DNA of 64,000 bases from an uncultured Gemmatimonadales bacterium (GTDB taxonomy: Bacteria > Gemmatimonadota > Gemmatimonadetes > Gemmatimonadales > Gemmatimonadaceae): positions 1,600,001-1,664,000 of the forward strand of contig OY969695.1 in NCBI GenBank assembly GCA_963701965.1. The letters are read 5' to 3'. The translations under genes were made by a program, and so were the position numbers. This document shows, in pieces, positions 9,369 through 19,678 of the stretch. How positions within the stretch are numbered: position 1 is the stretch's first letter; each line of letters opens with the position of its first letter. The notes under the pieces are model-generated. The model did not search any database. It saw nothing but the letters and a program-made list of their open reading frames with translations, and was not told the origin of the DNA.

Positions 9369-10592
9369 TTACCGCGCGACGAGCGCCGTGGCCGCCAGGT
9401 CGCCCGTCACGTTGAGCACCGTCGCGAAGAGGTCGGGAATCGTGTCGACCGCGATGAGGATCCCGATTCCCTGAGCCGGCAGGCCGATGGCGAGGAAGAG
9501 CGGGGTCAGCATCAGGAACGCGCCGCGCGGCACGCCGGGCGCGGCGAACGTGAAGAACACGCCCGCGACGGCCACCGTCGCCAGTTCTTGCGGATGCAGC
9601 GTGACGCCGTAGAACCAGGCGACGAACAGGGCACCCACCGTCCACGAGATGGGCGTCGCGATCTTGAACATGGAGACCGCGAGCGGCACCACGAACCCGA
9701 CCACGCGCTCGGGCAATTCCAGATCGCGCTCGGCGCCCTCGATGAGCGCCGGCAGGGCGGCGATCGAGGAGCTGGAGCTGAACGCGATCATCTGGGCCGG
9801 GAACGCCGCCTTGGCAAAGCGCCGCATGGGGATCTTTCCGACCACAGCAACCACGGGGTACAAAAGAAGCGCGGCGGCCAGACTGGCGATCGAATAGGCG
9901 GCAATGTACACGCCGACCGCGCCCGCGAGGGCGGCGCCGCTCCGCGCCGCCAGTGGGAGAATCAACGCGAAGACCCCGATCGGCGCCGCGGCGATGACCC
10001 ACCGCACCAGCACCAGCATGGCATCGCGGAGCGCCGCGAAAAACCCGATCAGGCGCTCGCGCGCGGCCTCCGGGCTCCGGGCGATGGCCAACGCCAGCAG
10101 GAGCGTGAAGATGATGAGCGGCACGATAGCGCCGTTGGCCGCCGCGGCGATGGGATTGGACGGGATCAGCGACGTGAGCCACCCGCTGACCGACGGCGCG
10201 CCACCGCCGGCATCCAGCTGCGCGGCCGCCTCGGCGGCGCCAGCCGGCAGCGGCTGCAGGCCGGCGACCGAATGCGGCAAGGCGAAGAAGGCGAGCGCGG
10301 TGGCGACCGCGAAGATCACGGCCACGCCGCCGAGGAGCGCCACGAACACGGCGAGGGTCCGCCCGCCGATTCGTCCGATCGCTTTGAGATCGGTGGCCGA
10401 GGCGACGCCCGTGATCAGTAGCGCGATCACGAGCGGGATCACCGTCATGCGAATGGCGTTGACCCACAACGTCCCAATGGGGACGAGGATGTCGGCCGCG
10501 CGCAGCAACGTGGCGTTGCCCGAAGCGGCGATCGCGATTCCCAACGCGAGCGCCACCACGAGGGCCAGGAGCACTTTGGCACCGTCGGTCAT
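9369..10592 (-). CDS. Dicarboxylate/amino acid:cation symporter (DAACS)
   Basis: AFSSSSSIAALP, PGVP, IAVD.IPD..ATVLNVTGD motifs. Confidence 0.92.
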   Translation of the reverse strand: MTDGAKVLLALVVALALGIAIAASGNATLLRAADILVPIGTLWVNAIRMTVIPLVIALLITGVASATDLKAIGRIGGRTLAVFVALLGGVAVIFAVATALAFFALPHSVAGLQPLPAGAAEAAAQLDAGGGAPSVSGWLTSLIPSNPIAAAANGAIVPLIIFTLLLALAIARSPEAARERLIGFFAALRDAMLVLVRWVIAAAPIGVFALILPLAARSGAALAGAVGVYIAAYSIASLAAALLLYPVVAVVGKIPMRRFAKAAFPAQMIAFSSSSSIAALPALIEGAERDLELPERVVGFVVPLAVSMFKIATPISWTVGALFVAWFYGVTLHPQELATVAVAGVFFTFAAPGVPRGAFLMLTPLFLAIGLPAQGIGILIAVDTIPDLFATVLNVTGDLAATALVAR

Positions 10593-10610
10593 GGGGGTGT
10601 CAGTCGTGCG

Positions 10611-11366
10611 CTACATCATGAGGTCGCCGCCGTTGATATCGAACGACGCGCCCGTGATGTAGCCGGCCGCCTCCGAGGCCGCGAAGCAGATCAGGTCTGC
10701 GACTTCGAGTGCGGTGCCGAGTCGCGGCACCGGGTAACCCGCCGCCAAACGTTCGAGCAGGCTCTGATCCGCGCTCTCGCGCGTGAGCTCGGTGTCGATC
10801 ATGCCCGGGCAGACCGCGTTCACGGTGATCCCGAACTTGCCCAGCTCTTTGGCCGCGGCCCGCGTGAATCCCAGCAACCCCGTCTTGGACGTCGTATAAT
10901 GCGCGCCGCCGAGCGTGCTGACCATACGCCCGGCCGTCGAAGAGATGTTGATGATCCGGCCGTACTGCTGCCGTTTCATCGCCGGCAGGACGGCCTTGGT
11001 GAGCAGGAAGGGCGCCGTGAGGTTCACTTCCAGCGTCTCGCGCCATTCTTCGGCCGAGAGATCGTCGAACCGGGTGGTGCGCGCCGCGGCGGCGTTGTTG
11101 ATCAGGATGTCCACGCGGCCAAATCGCTCGAGGGTCTGCTGGACGATCGCCGCGGGCAAGCCCGGCGCGGCAATGTCGCCGGGCACCGGAAGCGCCCGTT
11201 CGCCGAGTGCGCGACACACGGCGACAGCCCGTTCGCGATCGCGCACGTTGACGGCGACCGCGGCGCCACGCTCGTAGAGACGCTCGCAGGCGGCGCGACC
11301 CAATCCCCGCGCGGCCCCGGTGACGATGGCGACGCGGCCGGCGAAATCCACCGGGGGATTACTCAC
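10611..11366 (-). CDS. Short-chain dehydrogenase/reductase (FabG-like)
   Basis: TGAARGLG, NNAA, YTTSK, PG.IDT. Confidence 0.92.
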   Translation of the reverse strand: MSNPPVDFAGRVAIVTGAARGLGRAACERLYERGAAVAVNVRDRERAVAVCRALGERALPVPGDIAAPGLPAAIVQQTLERFGRVDILINNAAAARTTRFDDLSAEEWRETLEVNLTAPFLLTKAVLPAMKRQQYGRIINISSTAGRMVSTLGGAHYTTSKTGLLGFTRAAAKELGKFGITVNAVCPGMIDTELTRESADQSLLERLAAGYPVPRLGTALEVADLICFAASEAAGYITGASFDINGGDLMM

Positions 11367-13203
11367 TCGCGTGCCGAAACACGAAGCGTCGAGTGGCGAT
11401 CTGGCTTACGGGGCAGCGGCCCACGAGTGCCGGTTGATAGAGGGCGGCGTTGAGCGAGTCGGCGGCGGCCACGGTGAGCGAGTCCATGTCCGCGGGCGAG
11501 CCGACGCGGTGGACGGTGGGAAGGACCGGGTGCCCGGTGTCATCCACGACGAACTCAATGAACGCCGTGTCGCCGGCGACCGGGGACGCCGGCGCGAGCG
11601 GCAGCGTCGGGCCGCGCGTCAGGAGCCAGGACGGCGCTTGCACGTGCGCAAAGGGGACGCTCGTCAGGGTGTCGGTCTCGGGGGTCGTCGAGACCGAGAG
11701 CATGACCGTCTGGTTCGCGAGGCTCTTCGACGCCGCCCCTCGCGCGGCCAGGGTCACGGCGCTATCGACATCGGACGAGAGCGACGTCGTGACCACGCGG
11801 ACGTCTTCCACGATGCCGCCCGCGTTGAGCGTGAGCGCATACCGGCCGAAGATGCCGGGAGAGACGCGGACCGCGCCGCGGCCCGCCGCATCCCGCGCCG
11901 AGGCAGGCGCGGGGTACCCGAACGTGTCGAGATCCAGCGTCGAGGGGAGCGACATGTGCGACTGGATCGACAGCAGCAACGATCGGGCGGCGGCCCCCCA
12001 TACCGCGGCATCCGCGCCGGGTGGTCGCAGCAGCGTGCCGGTGAAAGACTCGACGATATTCTGTGGGGGCGGCGGCGTGCACGCGCGCGTCGCGCTCGTG
12101 GCGAAGGTCGCCTGGGCCACGATGGTGTGGACCGTGGCCGCACCCGCGAGCGTGTCGTGGACCGACGGGTCGACCGGCGCCTCGCGAATGAAATTGTAGT
12201 CGACGACGCGCCCGTCTTCGATCGACTCGCCGCCGGGTTGCTGGACGATCGAGTGGAACGCTGCCGCGACGGGGACGAGGGGGACGACCTCGCGATACGT
12301 GGTCGAGTACGTCCAGTCCCGGATCCGCGCCTCGCGGGAGCGGGTGAGGTGGAAGACCGCGCGTTCCAGGATGTACTTGTCGGGATCCAAGTAGAGCGAG
12401 CCTTCAATGTCCGGGGTCGGGATGGACACCGCCGGCCGGAAATCGACTTCGATCGGCTGGCCCGGATCGTGGTCGGCGATCGTAAAGCAGTGGGTTTGCT
12501 CGAACTCCAGATCGCCAATGTCTTGGAACTGCACCAGGTGCATGAAGCTGGTCATGCCGCCGTGCCGGCCCATCCCCTCGGACACGACCCGACCGGGCTC
12601 GTACCGCTCGTCGCTCCAACTATCGATGTTGACCGTGTCCCCGTCGACGACATGGTCGCCGGTCGCATCGCGCGCCATCCACTGGTCGATCCGGTGATAC
12701 CGAAACGGGTACTCGGTCTCCAGGATGTGCAACCGTAGGACGTTCTCGCGGACCTGCGCGAAGATCTGGGCCAGCTCCGGATCGACCGTGCTGTCCGGCA
12801 CGCCCGGTTTGACGCAGTCGCGCGACCCCTTGGCGCGTACCGTGATACGCGCCAGGCGGGCGACATGCTTGAGGCGGACCGTCACCGTGGTGACGACGCC
12901 GGCGCGGACCTGGACCGTGGTATCCGCCGGCGAGTAGCCGATCTGGCGGGCGCGCACGTGATACGCGCCCGGCTCCAGGCGGGTGAAGATGAAGGCGCCG
13001 GCGCTATCGGCAAAGCGCGAACCGCCGGTGGGCGTCAGGGTCACCGTGGCGTACGGCACGCCGACTGGCTGGTCCTGAAACACCACGCGCCCCGCGAGAC
13101 TGCCCGTCGCGTCGGGACTGGATGGCGGCGTGCCCTGCGCCGACACGGTTGGTGCGGCCAGGAACAGGAGCACGAGCGGCGCGGCCGCGAGAGCACTTCG
13201 CAT
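11359..13203 (-). CDS. Exported protein with carboxypeptidase-regulatory-like N-terminal domain and TonB-C-like C-terminus
   Basis: Signal peptide; G...G.V..ADSAG.F....L.PG.Y.V.AR.IGY pattern; C-terminal FVVDDTG..YQPA..G.CPV.Q. Confidence 0.65.
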   Translation of the reverse strand: MRSALAAAPLVLLFLAAPTVSAQGTPPSSPDATGSLAGRVVFQDQPVGVPYATVTLTPTGGSRFADSAGAFIFTRLEPGAYHVRARQIGYSPADTTVQVRAGVVTTVTVRLKHVARLARITVRAKGSRDCVKPGVPDSTVDPELAQIFAQVRENVLRLHILETEYPFRYHRIDQWMARDATGDHVVDGDTVNIDSWSDERYEPGRVVSEGMGRHGGMTSFMHLVQFQDIGDLEFEQTHCFTIADHDPGQPIEVDFRPAVSIPTPDIEGSLYLDPDKYILERAVFHLTRSREARIRDWTYSTTYREVVPLVPVAAAFHSIVQQPGGESIEDGRVVDYNFIREAPVDPSVHDTLAGAATVHTIVAQATFATSATRACTPPPPQNIVESFTGTLLRPPGADAAVWGAAARSLLLSIQSHMSLPSTLDLDTFGYPAPASARDAAGRGAVRVSPGIFGRYALTLNAGGIVEDVRVVTTSLSSDVDSAVTLAARGAASKSLANQTVMLSVSTTPETDTLTSVPFAHVQAPSWLLTRGPTLPLAPASPVAGDTAFIEFVVDDTGHPVLPTVHRVGSPADMDSLTVAAADSLNAALYQPALVGRCPVSQIATRRFVFRHASE

Positions 13204-13284
13204 GATTGAACCTTAAAATACGACTTCACGCGCCGCACGCCGATCGTTGGCGGCACACCCCAAGTCCAAGTACTACCCCGGCGC

Positions 13285-13316
13285 GCAGCCAACGGGCCGC
13301 GCGGTGCAGCCAACGG
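13285..13316 (-). promoter_or_regulatory. Putative LytTR binding site (11-bp direct repeat, 21-bp period)
   Basis: GCAGCCAACGG at 13285 and 13306, between divergent genes next to a LytS/LytTR pair. Confidence 0.7.
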
Positions 13317-13347
13317 AGGCGGGCCCGGGGGCGGCCGAGGGTAAGTT

Positions 13348-14436
13348 ATGAGTCACCCCACTATGCGTTCCCTACGCTCGATCGCCGGCATCACGGTGCT
13401 GTGGACAATTCCCGGCCTGACGTCGGCGCTGGAAACGAGCGCCTATGCGCGCGCCCTGGGGCGGCATGTGGCGCTCACGACGCTGCTTGCGCGCGTCACG
13501 CCGTGGTATGTCTGGGCGCTGGCCACGCCGATCGTCGTCGGGCTGGTCCGGCGCGCGGGTGTGTCCTGGCCGCCGCGGGCGCGCACGGTCGCCATCCATA
13601 TCGCGCTGGGATGCCTCATCGCCAGCGTCCATACGCTCGTGTATACGGCGTTGGTTCGCGCCGTGCCCCTCAACGGCCCACCCGCGCTGTCGTTCGGCCG
13701 GAACGTGGCCACGGAGTTCCTCGGCTGGGCCCCCGTGTCGCTGCTCGCGTACGCCGCACTCCTCGGCGTCGGCGCCGTACTGGTGCTGTCGGACCAGGCC
13801 GTCGAGACGGCGCGGCGGGCCGCGGCGCTGGAGGGCGCTTTGGCCACCGCTGAGTTGGCCGCCCTCCGTTCGCAAATCCAGCCGCATTTCGTGTTCAACG
13901 TCCTGAACACCATCGGCGCTTTCGTGCGCGAGGGGGATCAGCGGCGGGCCCTGCGGACGATCGAGCTGTTCGGCGATGCATTGCGCACGGTCTTGCGGAG
14001 CGAGTCCGCGCATCTCGTGCCCTTGGCCGACGAGCTCGCGGCCCTCCGCCACTACGTGGAAATCGAGGAGACGCGATACGAAGACCGCGTCTCCGTGCGC
14101 TGGTGCGTCGACCCGGCCCTCGGCGGCCATGCCGTCCCCGCCCTCATCTATCAGCCAGTCGTCGAGAACGCGTTCCGGCACGGCGTCGGCCGCCGCGTCG
14201 GCCCCTCGATCGTCGAGATCGGCGCCCGGACGGATGCTGGCCAACTGACCCTCTGGGTCCGCGAGTCCGGCGGGGCAGCCGATGCGCCCGCGATCGCCAA
14301 CGCCCTCGAGTCCAACGGCATTGGCCTGAGCAACACGGCGGCCCGTCTGCGGGCGCTCTACGGATCGGCCGGACGCGTCGTGCTGCGCGCCGAGGACGCC
14401 GGCAGTCTGGCCGAGATCCAGATCCCGCTCGCATGA
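13348..14436 (+). CDS. LytS/YehU-family sensor histidine kinase
   Basis: TM region, ALRSQIQPHFVFNVLN, QPVVENAFRHG, GIGLSN. Confidence 0.92.
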   Translation: MSHPTMRSLRSIAGITVLWTIPGLTSALETSAYARALGRHVALTTLLARVTPWYVWALATPIVVGLVRRAGVSWPPRARTVAIHIALGCLIASVHTLVYTALVRAVPLNGPPALSFGRNVATEFLGWAPVSLLAYAALLGVGAVLVLSDQAVETARRAAALEGALATAELAALRSQIQPHFVFNVLNTIGAFVREGDQRRALRTIELFGDALRTVLRSESAHLVPLADELAALRHYVEIEETRYEDRVSVRWCVDPALGGHAVPALIYQPVVENAFRHGVGRRVGPSIVEIGARTDAGQLTLWVRESGGAADAPAIANALESNGIGLSNTAARLRALYGSAGRVVLRAEDAGSLAEIQIPLA

Positions 14437-15218
14437 GTACCGTCGTCTCGCGGGATCTGCGCGCGATCGTCGCCGACGACGAGCCGGCCGCGCGACGCGG
14501 GCTCGGCCAGGTCCTGGCTCAACTTGGCGTACAGGTCATCGCCGATACCGCCGACGGACCGTCCACGATCGAAGCCGTCATCGCGCATCGCCCCGACGCG
14601 CTCTTCCTCGACGTGCAGATGCCGGGCCTCACGGGCATCGACGTCTGCGACGCCCTCATCGCGCGCGGGGTGCCGATGCCGCGCCTCGTGTTCGTCACCG
14701 CGTACGACACGTTCGCCATTCGCGCGTTCGAGCTCAACGCGCTCGATTATCTGCTCAAGCCCATCGTCGAGGACCGCGTCCGGGCCGCGGTCGCGCGGTG
14801 CCGCGACGCGTCGGCCTCAGTCGAGGACCGCGATCTGCGCCTCCGCCTGGAGGCGCTCATGCGACCGGCCGCGCCCCCGCAGCGGCTGGTGATCCCCGAG
14901 GGCTCGCGCGTGGTGGTCGTGCCGGAATCGGAGGTCGTCTGGATCGAGGCCGACGACTATTACGTCACCGTGCACACCACCGCGCGCTCCCATCTCTGGC
15001 GGGAGTCGCTCTCGGCGCTCGAAGCCCGCCTCGACCCGATCGCCTTCGTCAGAGTCCACCGCTCGGCCATCGTCCGGATCGATCAGGTGCGCGAGCTGCG
15101 TCGGGCTGCCGATGGCGGCGCCGTCCTGCGCGTCGCCACCGGCCACTCCGTGCCCATCAGCCGCTCGCGGCGCGCCGAGGTGAAGGCCCGCTTCGGGCAG
15201 CTTCCGCGAAGACCCTAG
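14433..15218 (+). CDS. LytTR family response regulator
   Basis: ADDE, FLDVQMPG, TAYD, DYLLKP receiver motifs; FVRVHRSAIV LytTR motif; ATGA overlap. Confidence 0.93.
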   Translation: MSTVVSRDLRAIVADDEPAARRGLGQVLAQLGVQVIADTADGPSTIEAVIAHRPDALFLDVQMPGLTGIDVCDALIARGVPMPRLVFVTAYDTFAIRAFELNALDYLLKPIVEDRVRAAVARCRDASASVEDRDLRLRLEALMRPAAPPQRLVIPEGSRVVVVPESEVVWIEADDYYVTVHTTARSHLWRESLSALEARLDPIAFVRVHRSAIVRIDQVRELRRAADGGAVLRVATGHSVPISRSRRAEVKARFGQLPRRP

Positions 15219-15673
15219 CGGACAGTTTTTTCCGCGGGCTTGAACTCCGTGTGCTGCGAGTAGATCGCATGCCACGACCCGTGCTCCAGCACGAACACAT
15301 TGGCGCTCATCGACGTATCCGGCCGCTGGAACGTGGCGACGGCAATGGTCCCATGGATGACGACATTGGGCGTTTGGGACACTTGCGGCTCCGGATCATT
15401 ACGCGCCGCATGCTGCACGGCGTGATTCAGGATCGCGGCGCGATCGATGACGCCCCGGTAGCTGACGCTCCGATATTCGGGCAAGATCATCTGACGCAGG
15501 AACGCCGTGTCGCCGTGAAACTCGGCGTCGAGCCAGTGCTTTTCGACCTGCTGGACGGCGGCCACGTCAGACGGTGGATGCGCCGTCGCGCGCGCGCGGC
15601 TGGCGGCGATCACCGCCATCGGGACAAAGAGCGCCGTGAGCAGGCGCGGCTGAAAGAATGGGCTGAGAGTCAT
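15215..15673 (-). CDS. Exported NTF2-like (DUF4440) protein
   Basis: Signal peptide; W..A...GD..FL; G..AV; VFV...GSW..IYSQ. Confidence 0.7.
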   Translation of the reverse strand: MTLSPFFQPRLLTALFVPMAVIAASRARATAHPPSDVAAVQQVEKHWLDAEFHGDTAFLRQMILPEYRSVSYRGVIDRAAILNHAVQHAARNDPEPQVSQTPNVVIHGTIAVATFQRPDTSMSANVFVLEHGSWHAIYSQHTEFKPAEKTVR

Positions 15674-15737
15674 GCCACGAACCCTACGTCGCGGGCCACG
15701 GCCGTCGTCTACGCTGGGCGACCGGTGCAGCGAACCG

Positions 15738-16664
15738 TCAACCCGGCGCCGACAGTGCAGCCGCGCGCGCCTCGGCTACGGTGGCCACGATCTCGGCGAT
15801 CACACGGGAATCGAGCAGTATGTCGTGCGGAGCGCCCGGCAGCTCGACCAAGTGGACGGCGACCCCGCGTGCCCGGAGCCGCGCGGCGTACGCCCGGCTC
15901 AACGACGGCGGCGCGAGGTCGTCCGCGGTGCCGACGACCACATGCACGATGGTCTTCGGATCGACCCCGTCGGCCAACGCTTGCGGTGAGAGACTCCACG
16001 CGGGGATGAACCACCACGGATTCTGCTGCAGCGCCGCCATGTGGCGTCGCCAGGGACCGAGGTCGCACGGACAGGAGACGAGCACGGCGGCATCGACGAG
16101 ACCGGGATGGCGGCCGATGATGTCGCCGGTAATCGCCGAGCCGCCGGAATGCCCGACCACGATGACATGCGCCGGCTGATAGGTCTGCTTGAGCGCAGCA
16201 ATCGCGCTGCTCAAAGCATCGACGATGGACGGCGTGTAATTCTCCCCGAGCGCCGCCCCGCGGCGCCCGCTGGATCGCCGCCCTTCGCTGTCCGTGTACC
16301 CCGGCCTGAGCAGCGCGACGCTCACGACACTGTCCGCGCCCTGGCTGATGCCGCGCGCGGCCGCATACTGGTAGCCGGGATTCACGAACGGCGCATCCCC
16401 GTGCAGCACGACGACGAGATCGGGATGCGCCCCCGGCGTCGCGCTGCGGTACGTGTGCGCCGCCAGACATTCGGCGCCCGCCTTGACCCAGAGATCCGTG
16501 ACTGGCTCCTGGCATGCCGTGGGATCGCTCGCCGCCCGATAGCGCTCCTTGGCGCCGAGCCACGCGACCTGGACGAGCACGTACGCGATGAGCGCGAGGC
16601 CAGCGATGCGCAAGACGATCCTGCGCCAGGCGCGCGGGCGCACCAGTGGGAGCTGCGGGGACAT
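15738..16664 (-). CDS. Alpha/beta hydrolase with N-terminal membrane anchor
   Basis: LHGD, GHSGG nucleophile elbow, GTADD, PH. Confidence 0.85.
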   Translation of the reverse strand: MSPQLPLVRPRAWRRIVLRIAGLALIAYVLVQVAWLGAKERYRAASDPTACQEPVTDLWVKAGAECLAAHTYRSATPGAHPDLVVVLHGDAPFVNPGYQYAAARGISQGADSVVSVALLRPGYTDSEGRRSSGRRGAALGENYTPSIVDALSSAIAALKQTYQPAHVIVVGHSGGSAITGDIIGRHPGLVDAAVLVSCPCDLGPWRRHMAALQQNPWWFIPAWSLSPQALADGVDPKTIVHVVVGTADDLAPPSLSRAYAARLRARGVAVHLVELPGAPHDILLDSRVIAEIVATVAEARAAALSAPG

Positions 16665-16680
16665 GGGGGCAAAAATACAC

Positions 16681-16708
16681 GAAAGCCCGGGATCGCTCCC
16701 GGGCCTTC
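16681..16708 (-). terminator. Intrinsic terminator-like hairpin
   Basis: GCCCGGGA-GCGA-TCCCGGGC followed by TTTCGTGTATTTTT on the minus strand. Confidence 0.55.
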
Positions 16709-16892
16709 GCTGGCTCGAACGAGTTGACCGTTACCCGGCCGCGCTTTTGCCGGTCTTGTCACTCTGATTTCTCAATGCGACAGGCGGTGCGCTCTCCGCC
16801 TTTCAACAGTCGGTTCTCGTCTCGCCATCTTAGACGTTAATCAAAGGTGATGTGCTCCACAAGCTCAGCCACGGGCTAGCGGCCTGGAGCGG

Positions 16893-17306
16893 TCACACGT
16901 AGCGCGAGATGGCCATGGAGATGACCGTGACCATGAGCAGCGCCGCGGCAGCCCGTTCGGCGCTGGCGATCCGCCGCCGGATCATCGACGCGTCCGTCGG
17001 GTTGGCCGCGGACGCCGCCAATCGCCGCGTGGCCGGCAGGACGACTGCCTCCTGCAGGCCGGCGGCGATGATCGCGCAGACGGCGCCGAGCGCTAGCACG
17101 GCCTCCGTCAGGTGAAAGCTATAGCGATGCACGAGGCCCCACATCACGAGCCCCGCAATAAGCGTCAACGTTGCCGCGCCCATTTGCGGCCGGGCCAGCT
17201 GTTCGGCTCCGGCTCCGCCGTTGCGCGCCAGCACGAACGTCGACCCAGCCCAGAACACCCCGGCCACGACGTGGACCGCGATCACGACACTAAGTAGGAT
17301 TTGCAT
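16893..17306 (-). CDS. Hypothetical four-TM membrane protein
   Basis: H..AGVFWAGS motif, four hydrophobic helices. Confidence 0.7.
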   Translation of the reverse strand: MQILLSVVIAVHVVAGVFWAGSTFVLARNGGAGAEQLARPQMGAATLTLIAGLVMWGLVHRYSFHLTEAVLALGAVCAIIAAGLQEAVVLPATRRLAASAANPTDASMIRRRIASAERAAAALLMVTVISMAISRYV

Positions 17307-17350
17307 TGCCAATGAGTATAGCTCCTTTGTCGACGAGGCCAGGGCGCGCA

Positions 17351-19678
17351 ATGCCGTCCGACGAGCCGCTCCAACCCGAGGTGTTGTGGGGTTGGGACCC
17401 CACGCCCGCGATCGTCTCCGTCCACGCCCGCCCCGACGGCCGCGCCCTCGTGTGGCGGCGCCTCCCGGACGGCGCGCTGGTCCAGGAGGACGCGCGCTTT
17501 CGCCCCTGGCTCCTGCTGGCCCACCTCGACGATCTGCGCGATGGCGCCGGCGGCCCGAACGTACACCGCCGCGAGCTCGCGGGACCGGGCGCGTTGCGGC
17601 ATCTCGTCAGTGCCGACGATGGCCGCGCGCTGACGTCGGCTATTCTGCGCGGCGCATCGGAGCGGCATGGCCAGCATATCGGCCATCTCGGCGAGCTGAA
17701 TCGGCTGGAGCCCGGCACTGTCCTGTCCCTGCCGCCCGACGAGCAGTATCTCGTCGCCTCGGGACGCACGTACTTTCGCGACCTGCCGTTCGACCATCTG
17801 CACCGGCTCCAGTTCGACCTGGAGACGACGGGGCTCGATGCCCGGTGGGATCGGATCTTCATGATCGCGATCCGCTATCACGGCGGCGACACGGAAGTGC
17901 TGGAGGCGCTGGACGACAGCGACGCCGCGGAGGCGGCGCTCATCCGCCGACTCATGGAACGCGTGCGGGCCGCGGATCCGGACTCCATCGAGAACCACAA
18001 TCTGCACGGGTTCGATCTGCCATTTCTCGAGCGCCGCGCTCGCACGCTTGGCGTGCCGCTGGCCCTCGGCCGCATCGAGGGCCCCGGCCTTCGCACCCGC
18101 GCCTCGAGCACCCGCGGACACGATGACCGCCGCGTGCGATTCGTCGCGCCCGGCCGGGAGTTGATCGATACGTTGGACGCTGTCTGGCGCCACGACTTCG
18201 CCACGCGCGAGCTCCCGGGGCACGGTCTCAAGGCGGTGGCCCGCCATCTGGGGATCGCCCGCGCCGGCCGCGAGTACGTCCCCGGGGCCGAGGTCTACGC
18301 GACGTACCGCGCCGACCCGGAGCGCGTACGGCGCTACGCGACGGATGACGTCGAGGAGGTCGCGGCGCTCTCGCGGATGCTCGGCGGCGCGGCCTATGCG
18401 CTTGCCCAGATGGTCCCGCGCCGCTACGAGCAGCTGGCCGATGCGGGGCCGGCGACCGGCGTCATCGACCCGCTGCTGCTGCGCGCGTACGTGCGCGCGG
18501 GGATGGCGCTGCCCGCGCACGAGGCCGGGGATGGGACGCCGCACAGCGGGGCGGCGCTGCATCTCTTCGCATCAGGCGTCACCCACCGCGTGGTCAAGGC
18601 GGACGTGGCGAGCCTGTACCCGTCGTTGATGCGCACGTACCGGATCGGCTCGTCGCGCGATCGGCTCGGCGCGCTCCTCGCTCTCGTCGACGGCCTGGTC
18701 GAGCGTCGCCTGGCGGCCAAGACGCTGGCCCGCACCGCCCCGCCAGGCTCGGCGGAACGGCACACGCACGAGGCCATGTCGGCGGCGCTCAAGATCGTCG
18801 TCAACTCGGCATATGGCTATCTCGCCGCGGGCGGCCTCACGCGCTTTTCCGACGTCCATGCCGCAAACGAGATCACGCGGCGGGGACGCGAGGTCCTGAC
18901 CCTCCTCTGCCGGGAGCTCGCTGCGCGGGGTGCGACGCTGATCGAGGCAGACACCAATGGCGTGTACTTCGCGGCGCCGGATGCGTGGGACGCGGACGAC
19001 GAACGGCGGGTCGTCACCGAGGTGGCGGCCCTCTTGCCGCCGTTGGTACAGCTGGAGCTCGAGGGCCGCTACGCCGCGATGTTGTCGCACGAGCCCAAGA
19101 ACTACGCGTTGCTGGGATACGATGGCGCGTTGCGCCTCAAGGGCGTGGCGTTCCGCTCCAGCCGCTCGGAGCCATTCGGCGACGCGTTCCTCCGCCAGGC
19201 CCTCGCCCGCCTGCTCACGGGCGACATCGTCGGCGTCCGCGATGTGTATCTCGACATGACGCGGGCGATCCGGGCGCGCGAGATCTCGACGCACGACGTC
19301 TCGTCGCGGGTGCGACTCACGAAGACACCGGACGAATACCAGGCGGCGCGCGAGCGCCGGCGCGAGCTCCCCTACGAGGCCGCGCTGGCCGGGGGCAGGG
19401 CCACCTGGCGGACCGGGGAACGCGTGCGGGTCTATCGCAAACAGGGCGGCGACGGAGCCCTCGTCGGGGCGGACGTGCGCGACTACGACACGGACTACTA
19501 CATCGCGCTCCTGCGCACGTCCTACGCCGAACGGCTGGCCCGGGCGTTCACGCCGGACGACTTCGCGGCCCTGTTTGGCGATGCGGACCAACTGTCACTG
19601 TTCACGCCGTCCATCGGCGCCATCCAGCCGATCCTGACGATGATTCCGGGTACCGTCAACAATATTGTTGACGATTAA
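17351..19678 (+). CDS. polB: Family B DNA polymerase with 3'-5' exonuclease domain; motif C reads DTN
   Basis: Exo I FDLETTG, Exo II HNLHGFDLPFL, Exo III YATDD, motif A DVASLYPS, motif B KIVVNSAYG, motif C EADTNG, KNYA. Confidence 0.92.
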   Translation: MPSDEPLQPEVLWGWDPTPAIVSVHARPDGRALVWRRLPDGALVQEDARFRPWLLLAHLDDLRDGAGGPNVHRRELAGPGALRHLVSADDGRALTSAILRGASERHGQHIGHLGELNRLEPGTVLSLPPDEQYLVASGRTYFRDLPFDHLHRLQFDLETTGLDARWDRIFMIAIRYHGGDTEVLEALDDSDAAEAALIRRLMERVRAADPDSIENHNLHGFDLPFLERRARTLGVPLALGRIEGPGLRTRASSTRGHDDRRVRFVAPGRELIDTLDAVWRHDFATRELPGHGLKAVARHLGIARAGREYVPGAEVYATYRADPERVRRYATDDVEEVAALSRMLGGAAYALAQMVPRRYEQLADAGPATGVIDPLLLRAYVRAGMALPAHEAGDGTPHSGAALHLFASGVTHRVVKADVASLYPSLMRTYRIGSSRDRLGALLALVDGLVERRLAAKTLARTAPPGSAERHTHEAMSAALKIVVNSAYGYLAAGGLTRFSDVHAANEITRRGREVLTLLCRELAARGATLIEADTNGVYFAAPDAWDADDERRVVTEVAALLPPLVQLELEGRYAAMLSHEPKNYALLGYDGALRLKGVAFRSSRSEPFGDAFLRQALARLLTGDIVGVRDVYLDMTRAIRAREISTHDVSSRVRLTKTPDEYQAARERRRELPYEAALAGGRATWRTGERVRVYRKQGGDGALVGADVRDYDTDYYIALLRTSYAERLARAFTPDDFAALFGDADQLSLFTPSIGAIQPILTMIPGTVNNIVDD

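Noticed and set aside
17351..19678. PolB as part of a casposon, pipolin or prophage
   Set aside because: No Cas1, integrase, terminal repeats or phage genes nearby; the neighbours are ordinary chromosomal genes
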